From a virus (lineage: Duplodnaviria > Caudoviricetes), in the IMG/VR virus record IMGVR_UViG_3300032038_000034, positions 38,773-102,772 of that record: DNA of 64,000 bases; one strand, written 5' to 3'. Shown here piece by piece: positions 1 through 8,707 of this stretch. Position 1 is the stretch's first letter. Every line of letters begins with the position of its first letter. The position numbers were made by a program, and so were the translations under genes. The notes under the pieces are model-generated. The model was given only the letters and a program-made list of their open reading frames with translations, did not search any database and was not told where the DNA came from.

Positions 1-75
1 GTGCAACCAAGCACAAAACCTCGTATGAGGAATATCAATAAAACTTTAAGTTAAACTTTTTAAATCATTATCAAA

Positions 76-594
76 ATGGCAGAAAAGAAAGATGAAAAGA
101 AGGCTCCCGCAACAAAGGAAGCCGAGGAGACAACAGTTGATGCAATTCGCACCGGTAACCAGATTACAGACGACGCTATTACAGCCGCCCTGTCTGAGAT
201 CAACAAAGAAAAGGACGATAACAAGAAGCGCGAGGCTAAGAAGCAGCTCTGTATCGCTACCTATGTAAACCGTAAGACTGTGCTCCAGCTCCAGCAGCGC
301 CGTCGTGAGGATAAGATCACGAAGGAGAAGCTCGATGCTTCTAAGTCGCTTCTGGAAAGATTGCTCGGTGTCGAGTGTGAGATCAAGGATGGCGAATGCA
401 TCCCGACCAAGAAGAAGATTGACGCAAAATTGCGTCTCACACCCGTCCAGCATGAGGCCGAGACCAAAAAGATGGAGGAGGAGTTCTCTAAGAAGGTATC
501 TGAGTCCAACAAAGAGTTCGACACCGCTATGCGCGAGTTGCGTAACTCTTACGAGGGTCAGTACCGTCACTATGTAGAGAATTACTGGTATTAA
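76..594 (+). CDS. Hypothetical coiled-coil protein (172 aa), early region
   Basis: Open ORF with strong AAG/GAG codon bias; CATTATCAAA directly precedes the ATG; K/E-rich helical sequence. Confidence 0.85.
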   Translation: MAEKKDEKKAPATKEAEETTVDAIRTGNQITDDAITAALSEINKEKDDNKKREAKKQLCIATYVNRKTVLQLQQRRREDKITKEKLDASKSLLERLLGVECEIKDGECIPTKKKIDAKLRLTPVQHEAETKKMEEEFSKKVSESNKEFDTAMRELRNSYEGQYRHYVENYWY

Positions 595-609
595 TCCATC
601 ACCCAGGTC

Positions 610-1090
610 TTTAGACGTCGAGAACCTCCGAGTCAGTGACGTTAAAGTAATCGAAAAAGATGAGAGGCAGCGACCATTGCGTGTCCAGGAGCCTAGAGAT
701 CAAGTAGATACTATATATATGTGAATAGACACATACGTAGAGAGCCCCCGAGCCATTACGTAAAGACCGCCACCGTCCTCACGGTGTAATAATATGAGGC
801 CATTAGATCAAGTTTGCGATGTGCGAACCATGAGTCGGTGCTCCAGTCTGAGATGGTATCAAAAGATTGACACTGCGTTGTATATCAAGAATGCGAACAC
901 ATTCTATTGAGAACCCGCGAGTCAGTGATAGGGCAATGTGTTATTATTGAGGCAAAATAAAAAGTCGTTTCTAAGCGTTCGACATGCTTAAGTGGACCAG
1001 CTACCCACAAGAGCATAGAAAATGCGTCAGAATGGCTTAAAATAGCCTTAAATCGAGTGTTTTGACTGATCATCAAGACATTCACAAGTA
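610..1090 (+). ncRNA. Putative structured ncRNA or leader carrying four GA(A/G)C-N4-5-AG(T/C)C hairpins
   Basis: No + strand ORF. Motif copies at 621-635, 741-755, 824-836 and 910-924; three sit on stems of different sequence (e.g. GACGTCG/TGACGTT, TACGTAG/TTACGTA). Confidence 0.5.
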
Positions 1091-1095
1091 AGAAT

Positions 1096-1318
1096 CTTAG
1101 CGTGTGTGAGGTAAACTGTTGTGACACGGGTTCGACCCCCGTACGCTCCACTAACAATAATAAAATTGGGGCGTAATTGGTATAGAACGCAGTGGAAGTA
1201 AACACATTAAGCGCTTTGATATAAAAATTAACTGGCAATATTAACATTGCAGACTACACGGGCCTCCAGGAGGCAGCGTGAAGTCGGTGTACAGGCTACC
1301 TAAGTGCCTGTGAAACGA
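1096..1318 (+). ncRNA. ssrA: Circularly permuted (two-piece) tmRNA; predicted tag GNINIADYTGLQEAA*
   Basis: The 3' tRNA-like half (GAC, T-arm ACGGG-TTCGACC-CCCGT 1126-1142, ACGCTCC-A 1143-1150) precedes the 5' half (GGGGCGT 1168-1174). Together they form a 7-bp acceptor stem with G3:U70 and A73. Resume context TAACT-GGC; tag ORF 1234-1281 ends Ala-Ala-TGA. Outer boundaries are approximate. Confidence 0.88.
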
Positions 1319-1376
1319 GAGTGAGTTAAACTGGGCATCTTCGGATGCGGTGGGTTCGAGTCCCACACTCACTCCA
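1319..1376 (+). ncRNA. tRNA-like mini-RNA (no D stem; UUCG hairpin in place of the anticodon arm)
   Basis: 8-bp stem GAGTGAGT/ACTCACTC, hairpin GCATC-TTCG-GATGC, canonical T-arm GTGGG-TTCGAGT-CCCAC. Confidence 0.7.
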
Positions 1377-1440
1377 AAACGTCGTGAGACGCCGTATCTT
1401 TCGAATCTAATTACTTTTGCTCCACAGCGGTGGAGCATTT

Positions 1441-1514
1441 GGTTCCTTAGCTCAGCTGGATAGAGCAACAGATTTCTAATCTGTGGGTCAAAGGTTCGAA
1501 TCCTTTAGGAATCA
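1441..1514 (+). tRNA. tRNA-Arg (anticodon TCT)
   Basis: Full cloverleaf: GGTTCCT/AGGAATC, D arm GCTC..GAGC, anticodon arm ACAGA-TTTCTAA-TCTGT, T arm AAAGG-TTCGAAT-CCTTT. Confidence 0.95.
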
Positions 1515-1535
1515 CAAATTTAAAACATAATCAAT

Positions 1536-1931
1536 ATGAGAACAATATCCTACGATTATTTCTGTAACATCTCAGTAAAATTAGAAAAATTTGTTACAGA
1601 GAACCCAAAAGTATTAAGTTCACCAGGCAAATTGCAAAACAAATTACACCTTGCATCAAATAATTGTAAGGAATTACACAAAATTGCTCAACTTTATTGG
1701 AGTGGTTGTGTACCATTGAGAAGATTAGTATTGTCCATCATTGTTGTAAAATTTTGGAAAGATAGTGTAATATTTGAAAATTGTATGGGAGATTGTGCAG
1801 TATACCAATATATGGTAGCTAGATACGAACCACATCTGCCATATGCAAGGGCAGATATATACACAAAAGCAAAAAGCTTGGAAAAATTTATGTTTGATAC
1901 ATGGGAAAACAAGGATATCGAGAAATGTTGA
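1536..1931 (+). CDS. Hypothetical protein
   Basis: 131-aa ORF preceded by ATCAAT; overlaps the next gene. Confidence 0.7.
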   Translation: MRTISYDYFCNISVKLEKFVTENPKVLSSPGKLQNKLHLASNNCKELHKIAQLYWSGCVPLRRLVLSIIVVKFWKDSVIFENCMGDCAVYQYMVARYEPHLPYARADIYTKAKSLEKFMFDTWENKDIEKC

Positions 1932-2437
1932 GGGACAGATGTCCTAAAACAGTCGATGACGCTTTGAAATGGCAAAAAGCCAAAGATAAGTGGGTAGAAC
2001 ATACTTATTGTCATTTTGTACGTATTGTAGGTGACAAATACAGTTCTGAGAACAAATTGTTACAGAAAGCTCCTGAGAATAAGAAGGAGATTGTACGTGC
2101 AATTCTCGGTATTGTAAAAGGGAAACCGAAGAATTTCGTATTCGACAAAAGTATTGATTGGGACGACCTTACTGATGAAGAACGTGTATTTTGGAAGCGC
2201 GTTTCATCATGGGTATCGTGGTTCAGCTCTGAGTATGCATATATCCAAAATGCATACAATATCTCTAAAAAGGCAGGTAAAGATGATATGTCTATTAAAG
2301 TAGAAATCATCAATACCTACCTGAACGCATTTATGCCTTCAAAAAATGCTGATGAAGAAGAAAAACAAGCTAAATACGCATATGTAGATAGGCTTGTGAA
2401 TTATTTGATTCGGTGCTTAGAAAGGGATTATGTGTAG
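1925..2437 (+). CDS. Hypothetical protein
   Basis: ORF; the ATG at 1925 overlaps the upstream stop (alternative start 1901). Confidence 0.7.
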   Translation: MLRDRCPKTVDDALKWQKAKDKWVEHTYCHFVRIVGDKYSSENKLLQKAPENKKEIVRAILGIVKGKPKNFVFDKSIDWDDLTDEERVFWKRVSSWVSWFSSEYAYIQNAYNISKKAGKDDMSIKVEIINTYLNAFMPSKNADEEEKQAKYAYVDRLVNYLIRCLERDYV

Positions 2438-2852
2438 TATATTTTCCAAATATTTGTTACCCTTAGGGGTAAACGATGCAGATGCTAAGCCTAGCGTAGT
2501 TTATGATCATTTGCGTATCGCATACAATCAAGGCGCAAGGGGTATATTAGACAACGCTAACGTGTTTGCATTAGAGGACGGTGAAATTAATTGTGACGTG
2601 TTGTATGAAATCTGGAGGAATGAAGGCCTTCATGATGTTCTAACGTGGGTAAATAAAAAGATTACTCTACGTTTGGGAATCGCTGACTATCGAACGATAG
2701 GTGTTCGAATGCGAATTGCAACCGGTATGCTAAATAAATTAGTAAGTGAAGGACGTTTATCTAGAAAAATGAATATAACAATTCACAACAATTTCATTAC
2801 AGTGATCAATGGTGAGCTTTCTGCTATAAATACAGAAGACTTGCCATTTTAG
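2430..2852 (+). CDS. Hypothetical protein with SSB-like acidic C-terminal tip (EDLPF)
   Basis: 140-aa ORF coupled to the upstream gene; ends in TAG. Confidence 0.7.
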   Translation: MCSIFSKYLLPLGVNDADAKPSVVYDHLRIAYNQGARGILDNANVFALEDGEINCDVLYEIWRNEGLHDVLTWVNKKITLRLGIADYRTIGVRMRIATGMLNKLVSEGRLSRKMNITIHNNFITVINGELSAINTEDLPF

Positions 2853-2954
2853 CCCCGACAACCTAACCCGGATTGGTATTCCGGCGGGGCACTAAGCGTT
2901 TCGGTTCCGCGTACAGGAGTGACACCTTAATAAACCGAGTAAATTTGTTTGATT

Positions 2955-3518
2955 ATGAACCCACGTATTACCCCCGAGGAAGTTGGGATGATCAAAAGAG
3001 CTCAAGCAGGTGATGAATCTGCATTTAATGCGCTTTTCTATAGGTACAAAGGATTTGTGGAGAATCTCCTCTTTCACTATCTTAAAGATATGGATGAGGC
3101 CAAAGACGTTGCAAATATCGTCTTTTTGAAAGTGCATCAAAAACTCTCTAAATTCACAGCATATGACTCCTTTGGAGGATGGCTGAGAATTTTAACTAAT
3201 CGTACTGCTATTGACTATTTGCGTTCACAAGAAAACAAAAGAGTGGCACCTGATGCGAAAGAAGAAAGACTAACTTCAGACGTTCAGGGTTCTACTGAAG
3301 ATGACCTAGTCAACCATCTGACGTATAAAGAACTGCTACCTGAGTTCAACAAGTTGCCAGAGATCACTCGTAAGATCTTCACAATGTTCTATGTGAATAA
3401 TAATACCATAGAAGAGATTAGTAATTCGTTCAATCCGAAAATCCCAACAGGAACTATTAAGTCAACGTTGTCGAGAACTAGGAAAAAGTTAAAACAACGC
3501 TTAAAATTAAAAGTATGA
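2955..3518 (+). CDS. ECF-type RNA polymerase sigma-70 factor
   Basis: Region 2 motifs (AQAGDESAFNALF, DEAKDV..VFLKV, FGGWL..L..RTAIDYLR) and region 4 HTH (TIEEIS..IPTGTIKSTLSR). Confidence 0.92.
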   Translation: MNPRITPEEVGMIKRAQAGDESAFNALFYRYKGFVENLLFHYLKDMDEAKDVANIVFLKVHQKLSKFTAYDSFGGWLRILTNRTAIDYLRSQENKRVAPDAKEERLTSDVQGSTEDDLVNHLTYKELLPEFNKLPEITRKIFTMFYVNNNTIEEISNSFNPKIPTGTIKSTLSRTRKKLKQRLKLKV

Positions 3519-3928
3519 CATTCTTAATGTTCGTTCTCGGAATAATTATTATTGCCGGTATCGCACGATACAATCAAAGCAATAAGTTATTCTGGACCCT
3601 GTTCATAGCCTTTGTATTAGGCTTTGCAGGTAAGAAGCTCGTGAATGACACGTTCTTCTCGGAGAAGGAACAAAGTGGAACGTCGCTCAACCAGGCGTAC
3701 CCCACACAAGGGCTCGCAGTATCGTTAGACTCAAACATGTGTCTATTCACAAACGAAAACTGTTCAGCAACCGATGTGGAAACACAAAACCTTGTGAGTC
3801 AGGAATATACGCCTGATTTTGTTGAGCATACTCCCACTTTGAGTAATGTCCCTGGGGTGACTCAGTGGATAAACCTTCACATTCTTCCAAACCCACCAAA
3901 TGATATAATACCTCATGATACCTCATGA
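3515..3928 (+). CDS. Membrane protein with two N-terminal TM helices, coupled to the sigma gene
   Basis: Hydrophobic segments at aa ~2-17 and ~24-38; start overlaps the sigma stop codon. Confidence 0.75.
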   Translation: MTFLMFVLGIIIIAGIARYNQSNKLFWTLFIAFVLGFAGKKLVNDTFFSEKEQSGTSLNQAYPTQGLAVSLDSNMCLFTNENCSATDVETQNLVSQEYTPDFVEHTPTLSNVPGVTQWINLHILPNPPNDIIPHDTS

Positions 3929-4012
3929 AAGTATCATCTATCTACGTGGAATTGGTTATAGTTAAGCAGACTAACCACCTGCAAGTAATTAATTTATAAA
4001 CACATTATCAAA

Positions 4013-5395
4013 ATGGGTAAAAACACTAAAAGTGCTGCACAAGCTGCAGCAGAACAGGCTGCTCCCGCAACTACCACTCGTCTTGACGGAGGTAAGTTAG
4101 AGACTCCTGCAACAAAGGGTCTCTCACAGGGAGAAAAAGTAAACTACATCGCAGCCATTCAGACTGAGCGCGCATTCATGATGCAGAACGTCGAGAATCC
4201 GTCTCAGAGCATGATCGATGGCTTCACGTTGCTCGCACAGGCAACTATTCTCGATGTAGCAGTTGGCGAAATCGCCACTGGTAGAAGTGTTGTCGGAAAC
4301 ATTATTACCGCAAACGAGAACAATTACAAGGCGCTTCAGGCAATGGCTTTGGAGCGTGGTATTAAACTTCCTGAGTACAAGGCTCTGCCTGCTCCTACAG
4401 AAGAGCAGCTGAAGATTCACGGCCTTCTCGACATTAAGCCCGCCGACGCTAAGGTTCTTAACGTTGAAGCGAGTAACGTGTCTGACCGCGCAATCGAGCA
4501 GAAGAAGAAGGAGATCGCCGCTGTCGCCAAGGCAGTTGACAATCCTGCAGAGATAAAGACGAAGGAACAGTTGAAGGCCTCTTTGACCGCTATGCTGGTT
4601 AAGCCTATCACAGACGGTATCGACCGTCCTGATGCTCGTGTACAGCGCACTATCAAGTTCTATCGTGGTTATTTGACCATCCAGGCCAATGCCGCAGAGG
4701 ACAAGAAGACTGCTCTGGAGGAGATGAAGGCTAAGACTCGCCAGGATATGCTGAACGAGATTGCCGAGATCGTTGGTCCATGTCCGTTCTCTCTTAACGG
4801 TACCGCCTACTTTCTTCGCAAGCGTGCCATTGAGACCGGTTCTCCTATCTCCGCATTCTGCCTCTATCGTCGTAGTGCCGTTCCTGAAAAGGATAATGCC
4901 ATTGACGATTCTTACGTGGCTGACATAACACGTATTCTCTTGCTCTGGTCTTGCAACAGCCGTATCGCTGAATGCAATTCTATCCTGAAGGAGCAGAAGA
5001 AGCACGTTGAGAACGAGACTGGCGCTGCTAAGGCAGCTACAGAAGCCGCTATTCGTTACAACGAAGCAGCTATCGAAGAGATGAAGCAGGTTATCGAGTG
5101 GGTTAACAATCCTACATTCGATATCGTAGACAGTCTGGTTGAAGACTACAATGCAGAAGACCAGGAGTCTGAGAAGTGCAAACTTGCTCACCGCATCGTC
5201 TCTAACATCATGTCCACCTATTATCCTGAGATCGATATCAAGAAGGCAGACAAGGATAGCATGTTGAAGAATGTTCAGCAGCGTGCTGGTATCATTATCA
5301 ACATGTTCCGTGGTCCTCTTGCTCAGTCTATCTCTTACGCAGAGGGTAACCTGACGGATATCATTGTTTCTGAGGAGGAGAATGGAGGCGAATAA
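4013..5395 (+). CDS. Hypothetical alpha-helical protein (460 aa), probably highly expressed
   Basis: Long ORF with strong codon bias; CATTATCAAA-ATG start context identical to the gene at 76. Confidence 0.9.
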   Translation: MGKNTKSAAQAAAEQAAPATTTRLDGGKLETPATKGLSQGEKVNYIAAIQTERAFMMQNVENPSQSMIDGFTLLAQATILDVAVGEIATGRSVVGNIITANENNYKALQAMALERGIKLPEYKALPAPTEEQLKIHGLLDIKPADAKVLNVEASNVSDRAIEQKKKEIAAVAKAVDNPAEIKTKEQLKASLTAMLVKPITDGIDRPDARVQRTIKFYRGYLTIQANAAEDKKTALEEMKAKTRQDMLNEIAEIVGPCPFSLNGTAYFLRKRAIETGSPISAFCLYRRSAVPEKDNAIDDSYVADITRILLLWSCNSRIAECNSILKEQKKHVENETGAAKAATEAAIRYNEAAIEEMKQVIEWVNNPTFDIVDSLVEDYNAEDQESEKCKLAHRIVSNIMSTYYPEIDIKKADKDSMLKNVQQRAGIIINMFRGPLAQSISYAEGNLTDIIVSEEENGGE

Positions 5396-5424
5396 TATTT
5401 GTTCTCTCTAAATCTATCAAAGAC

Positions 5425-5886
5425 ATGAAATTAATAACAACGTTTCTGTGTGCGCTCGCATTTGCCATCGCAGGCATTTCGCTGGCGGATACAGAAGCAA
5501 ACAAGACGTTAGCTCTGAAACATCAGACGCTAAACGCAGCGACCATTACCGCTCAGCCGGTATTGCCTGCGCTGAATTTCGGGACTCGGGTGAATCCGAG
5601 TGTGAAAGACAAAACGGAGAAAGAGTATGTCCCATATGAGGTAATCGTAGTTAAGGACACTACTGCAAAAGCTCCGAAAGTAATAACCAAGAAGCTCAAG
5701 GGTAAGCGTACACCACCAAGGGCTACTGTAAAGCGTCAGGGATACAGCATTCCAGCTGCAATTCCTGATTCTGCAGTCCAAAACCAAGTACGTGAGGTTC
5801 GTGAGGAGCATACCTCGGACAGTGTTGGACCTCCTAAAGGTTCCATTTGCCTTATTGTCGACGATAAGGTAGTCTATAAACGATAA
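5425..5886 (+). CDS. Putative exported protein with signal peptide
   Basis: MKLITTFLCALAFAIAGISLA is a Sec-type signal sequence. Confidence 0.75.
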   Translation: MKLITTFLCALAFAIAGISLADTEANKTLALKHQTLNAATITAQPVLPALNFGTRVNPSVKDKTEKEYVPYEVIVVKDTTAKAPKVITKKLKGKRTPPRATVKRQGYSIPAAIPDSAVQNQVREVREEHTSDSVGPPKGSICLIVDDKVVYKR

Positions 5887-8030
5887 TCACTCCGGTGTGG
5901 GGGATGCATGAGGATTTGTGTGTCCCCCGGCCAGATTGGCAACACGTCAGAGCTATGTAAACGGTCTCATTAGCCGGGCTCGAAATAGTACAACTTGATC
6001 TGAGAATATGTTAGCCTGCTCAACAGGTGAGAAATGCAAAAGGTAGGATGAAATGCTGTAAGTTTATGCGTACTACATAACTGAATCGCTTACAGTAAGA
6101 GGACAGAGCGTTTGTATCAAGTCCTTTGGCCCTTGAGAACCGACTGGTGAAGGATAACCATAAAAACGCGTAAGACCCCTAGGGGCAAAATGATGCCGTA
6201 TTCGACACACTAACTGATGATACATAAGGTTAGCATAACGATACAGGAGTTGCAACATTAAGTTTGACACCAACCACTTAATGATGTATCAATAAGCTGT
6301 AGCTTAGTCCTTCATCCGGGCTCTTCGGAGGTCCAACCGGATGTGTAAGGGAGTGAAAATTATCTGAGTATATTCGCCTAGCAGAAGGTGTGACTGTCTG
6401 CGCCGTACCGTAACTACGGTCCTTGGAGAAATCCTTGCCGTTCGATTCGTGCACAACTCCGTTGAAGGGGTGCCAGGGATGGGGTACAGAGGAAAATATG
6501 ATGAAGATGACCGCCAGGCCTTGGTCGTTCATGCGGTATATAAAAGTAGAATGACTGCCAGTGGATGCAACACTTGAAGTTCTTGTGGTTCTGGAGCCCA
6601 AGGATGCGCGACTGAAGCCCGCGAAGAAAGGCTATTGTAAATGATAACACGCATTGGTAAGCGAATGTGATGTTTGAAATAGGAAATGCAATTAGATGAC
6701 AACTTGACAGTCAGACGTTTGTTTTGGGTGGTCGATTCGAAGCCTATACATTCCAGTATAGAGGGAGATCGCTTCCTTCGAAAGTAAGATGATAGTTAGA
6801 TGACGAACTGTATGCGATATACCGTCATACTTTATCGGGAGAAGATTCTAACGAAGATAATACGTAGTAGAAAACAAAAGAGATATTAACATGTTTAACA
6901 AAAATTGATGTTCCCAGCTGGTGGAAGGAATAAAGACAACTTTGTATGTATGCGCCATCACGCCTGGAGTTCGAGTGCCAACCGTTCCTGAGAAGCAAGT
7001 AGCAGAATGAGATACAACGATCGCTATCTAAGCTTGAGTCGCCAAAAGAGCAATCGAATAGGTAGCCGTGGGTAGCGACTTGAAGTAGGACAGCAAATCC
7101 TTTGTAGTCCATAAAGCAATATACATTTAATCGATGGGCAGCTTATCGTGAAGTTATTAGCCACCTCCCTGTCTCGGAGGGGTAAAGAAAATGAGTAATT
7201 AGTCTGTCGAAAGACAGTTCGCTGATGAAAAGGATTCGGCAAATATGAATCTTTAAGTGGGTGACAAGAAGCGATGTATGAGGTGAAATCCCTCCAGTAT
7301 TCGTGCACTATAAACAAATGAGGCAAGCACTTGCCAAGAGAAGAAAACAAGCCGTAGAGTTATTTGGTTCTGGAGCCTAGACTGTCCGATAACGAAGCAC
7401 GTCCCGTGCAATGACACACGCACGTCATGATGAAAAGGGAAAAGGTAAACAGTAGCGTACGCCTTAAAGTATGCGACATCAGAGAAAATCTGTGGTTAAG
7501 TAACAATCACTGTGTAATAACTCGTAGTAGCTTGGGAAATATACTTACAGAGAAATTACGCAATCTTTTGAGGGGTCCTATGAGCATTAGTTGGCCTAGC
7601 CAAAATTTTGCCAACGGACAAAAAGACGTCGGAACTAGTACGCAAGGAACGTATTCGATGCATGTTTTACGAAAAATAGACATAACTACATATGGTTCTA
7701 GTAAACTTAGTGATTGAATTCACATATTCAGCATTTAAAGCTTTAGCACCTGTTGATGATGATGGGCATGGATGATTCTACCGTTGAATCCCCGTTACAC
7801 GAGTTGAGCTTCATTTTAAGGAATATAGAAGTGTAACTAGTCGTCAATAAAAACGTGCTTCCCATTAGCACAGCAACTGAAAACATAATAGGTTGAACAA
7901 ACCGCATCCAGTAGAACCTCCGAGTCGGATGTAAAACTATTTTAGAGGTCACGGACACACCCAGAAGTGTCCATAGTTTTTAATCTTATCGTTGGTGGAT
8001 CAACCACGATATCAAACAGGATAAGAAAAA
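5887..8030 (+). ncRNA. Large (~2.1 kb) structured non-coding RNA region, unclassified
   Basis: No credible ORF in an otherwise gene-dense arm. Many stems with GNRA/UUCG loops: CATCCGG..CTC-TTCG-GAG..CCGGATG 6313-6343, CTGTC-GAAA-GACAG 7204-7217, T-loop-like GAGG-TGAAATC-CCTC 7280-7294, SRL-like 7627-7660. Strand inferred from flanking genes and tetraloop polarity. Confidence 0.65.
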
Positions 8031-8705
8031 ATGAGTAACGAAAAAACAATTGATGTAAACATCAAAACCGTATTGGCCGACAACCGTCAGGCCGCAAGTT
8101 TAATTGGCGCGCTGATTGGTAAGGCTTACGCCAAAGTAGAAAGCCGCGACTGCTGGCAGGGTGGTAAAGAAGGTTTCGAGAACGATAAAGCCAAGGCAAC
8201 AGCTCCTGGTGCAGCAGGTCTCATTCTCAATCGCTCTCCTCGCAAGTTCATGTTGAAGATTCAGGACATCCTCGGCGCCCAGATGTACGTACAGCCTCTG
8301 ACCAAGCAGGTCGGCGTTGTAGTAAATCTGGACAGTTCCAATGGTTCCTACGACATGTTCTTCCCGCTGGACGGCTCTAACCCCACTGTCGCTGAGAAGC
8401 CTATGGCAGAAGCCATTTCTGATGCTCTGAAGGGTGAAGGTCAGAACTTCTTCCTGGAGCCCTCTAAGGTTGTCGCTGTTGTCAACGAGGGTAACCGCGC
8501 TGAGGTCAAGAACATTGACACTCTGATCGGTGCTCTGAACAAGATGAAGCAGAACATCATCACGACAATCAACGAGAACGAGAAGAAGGCTATCGAGATC
8601 GATAAGGAGTGGGCCACTTCTAAGGTTAATGGTGTTGACATCAAGGATGTCGTAGCCAGCGCATCTAGTGCTGTACTCAACGTTCATACTGCTACTGAGG
8701 AATAG
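8031..8705 (+). CDS. Hypothetical protein
   Basis: 224-aa ORF with strong codon bias; ends in TAG. Confidence 0.85.
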   Translation: MSNEKTIDVNIKTVLADNRQAASLIGALIGKAYAKVESRDCWQGGKEGFENDKAKATAPGAAGLILNRSPRKFMLKIQDILGAQMYVQPLTKQVGVVVNLDSSNGSYDMFFPLDGSNPTVAEKPMAEAISDALKGEGQNFFLEPSKVVAVVNEGNRAEVKNIDTLIGALNKMKQNIITTINENEKKAIEIDKEWATSKVNGVDIKDVVASASSAVLNVHTATEE

Positions 8706-8707
8706 GT

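Noticed and set aside
614-935. CRISPR mini-array or ECF promoter (GAAC...GTC) reading of the repeated motif
   Set aside because: The repeats are short, degenerate and irregularly spaced. The GAAC-GTC gap is ~6 nt rather than ~16 nt.
1378-1391. AACGTCGTGAGAC match to 23S rRNA H93
   Set aside because: It is an isolated 13-nt GNRA hairpin with no flanking similarity, so chance is plausible.
1441-1514. tRNA with 'TCTAA' in the loop as an amber (CUA) suppressor
   Set aside because: The 5-bp stem ACAGA/TCTGT fixes the loop as TTTCTAA, so the anticodon is TCT (Arg).
2940-2947. Bacteroidota -7 promoter box TAAATTTG before the sigma gene
   Set aside because: There is no matching -33 TTTG and it lies only 7 nt from the ATG, so support is insufficient.
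4124-5191. Long antisense ORFs (also 46-570, 8100-8687, 9582-10223, 58022-58837, 62598-63851)
   Set aside because: These are shadows of strongly codon-biased sense genes, with Leu/Val-rich, non-protein-like sequence.
6073-7958. Short ORFs inside the 2.1-kb region
   Set aside because: They lie mostly on the opposite strand, lack the codon bias and start context of neighbours, and do not merge into one frame.
5887-8030. Group I/II intron or bona fide rRNA gene
   Set aside because: There is no interrupted gene, no maturase or homing endonuclease, and no recognisable group II domain V or group I core by eye. The rRNA resemblance is limited to short motifs.
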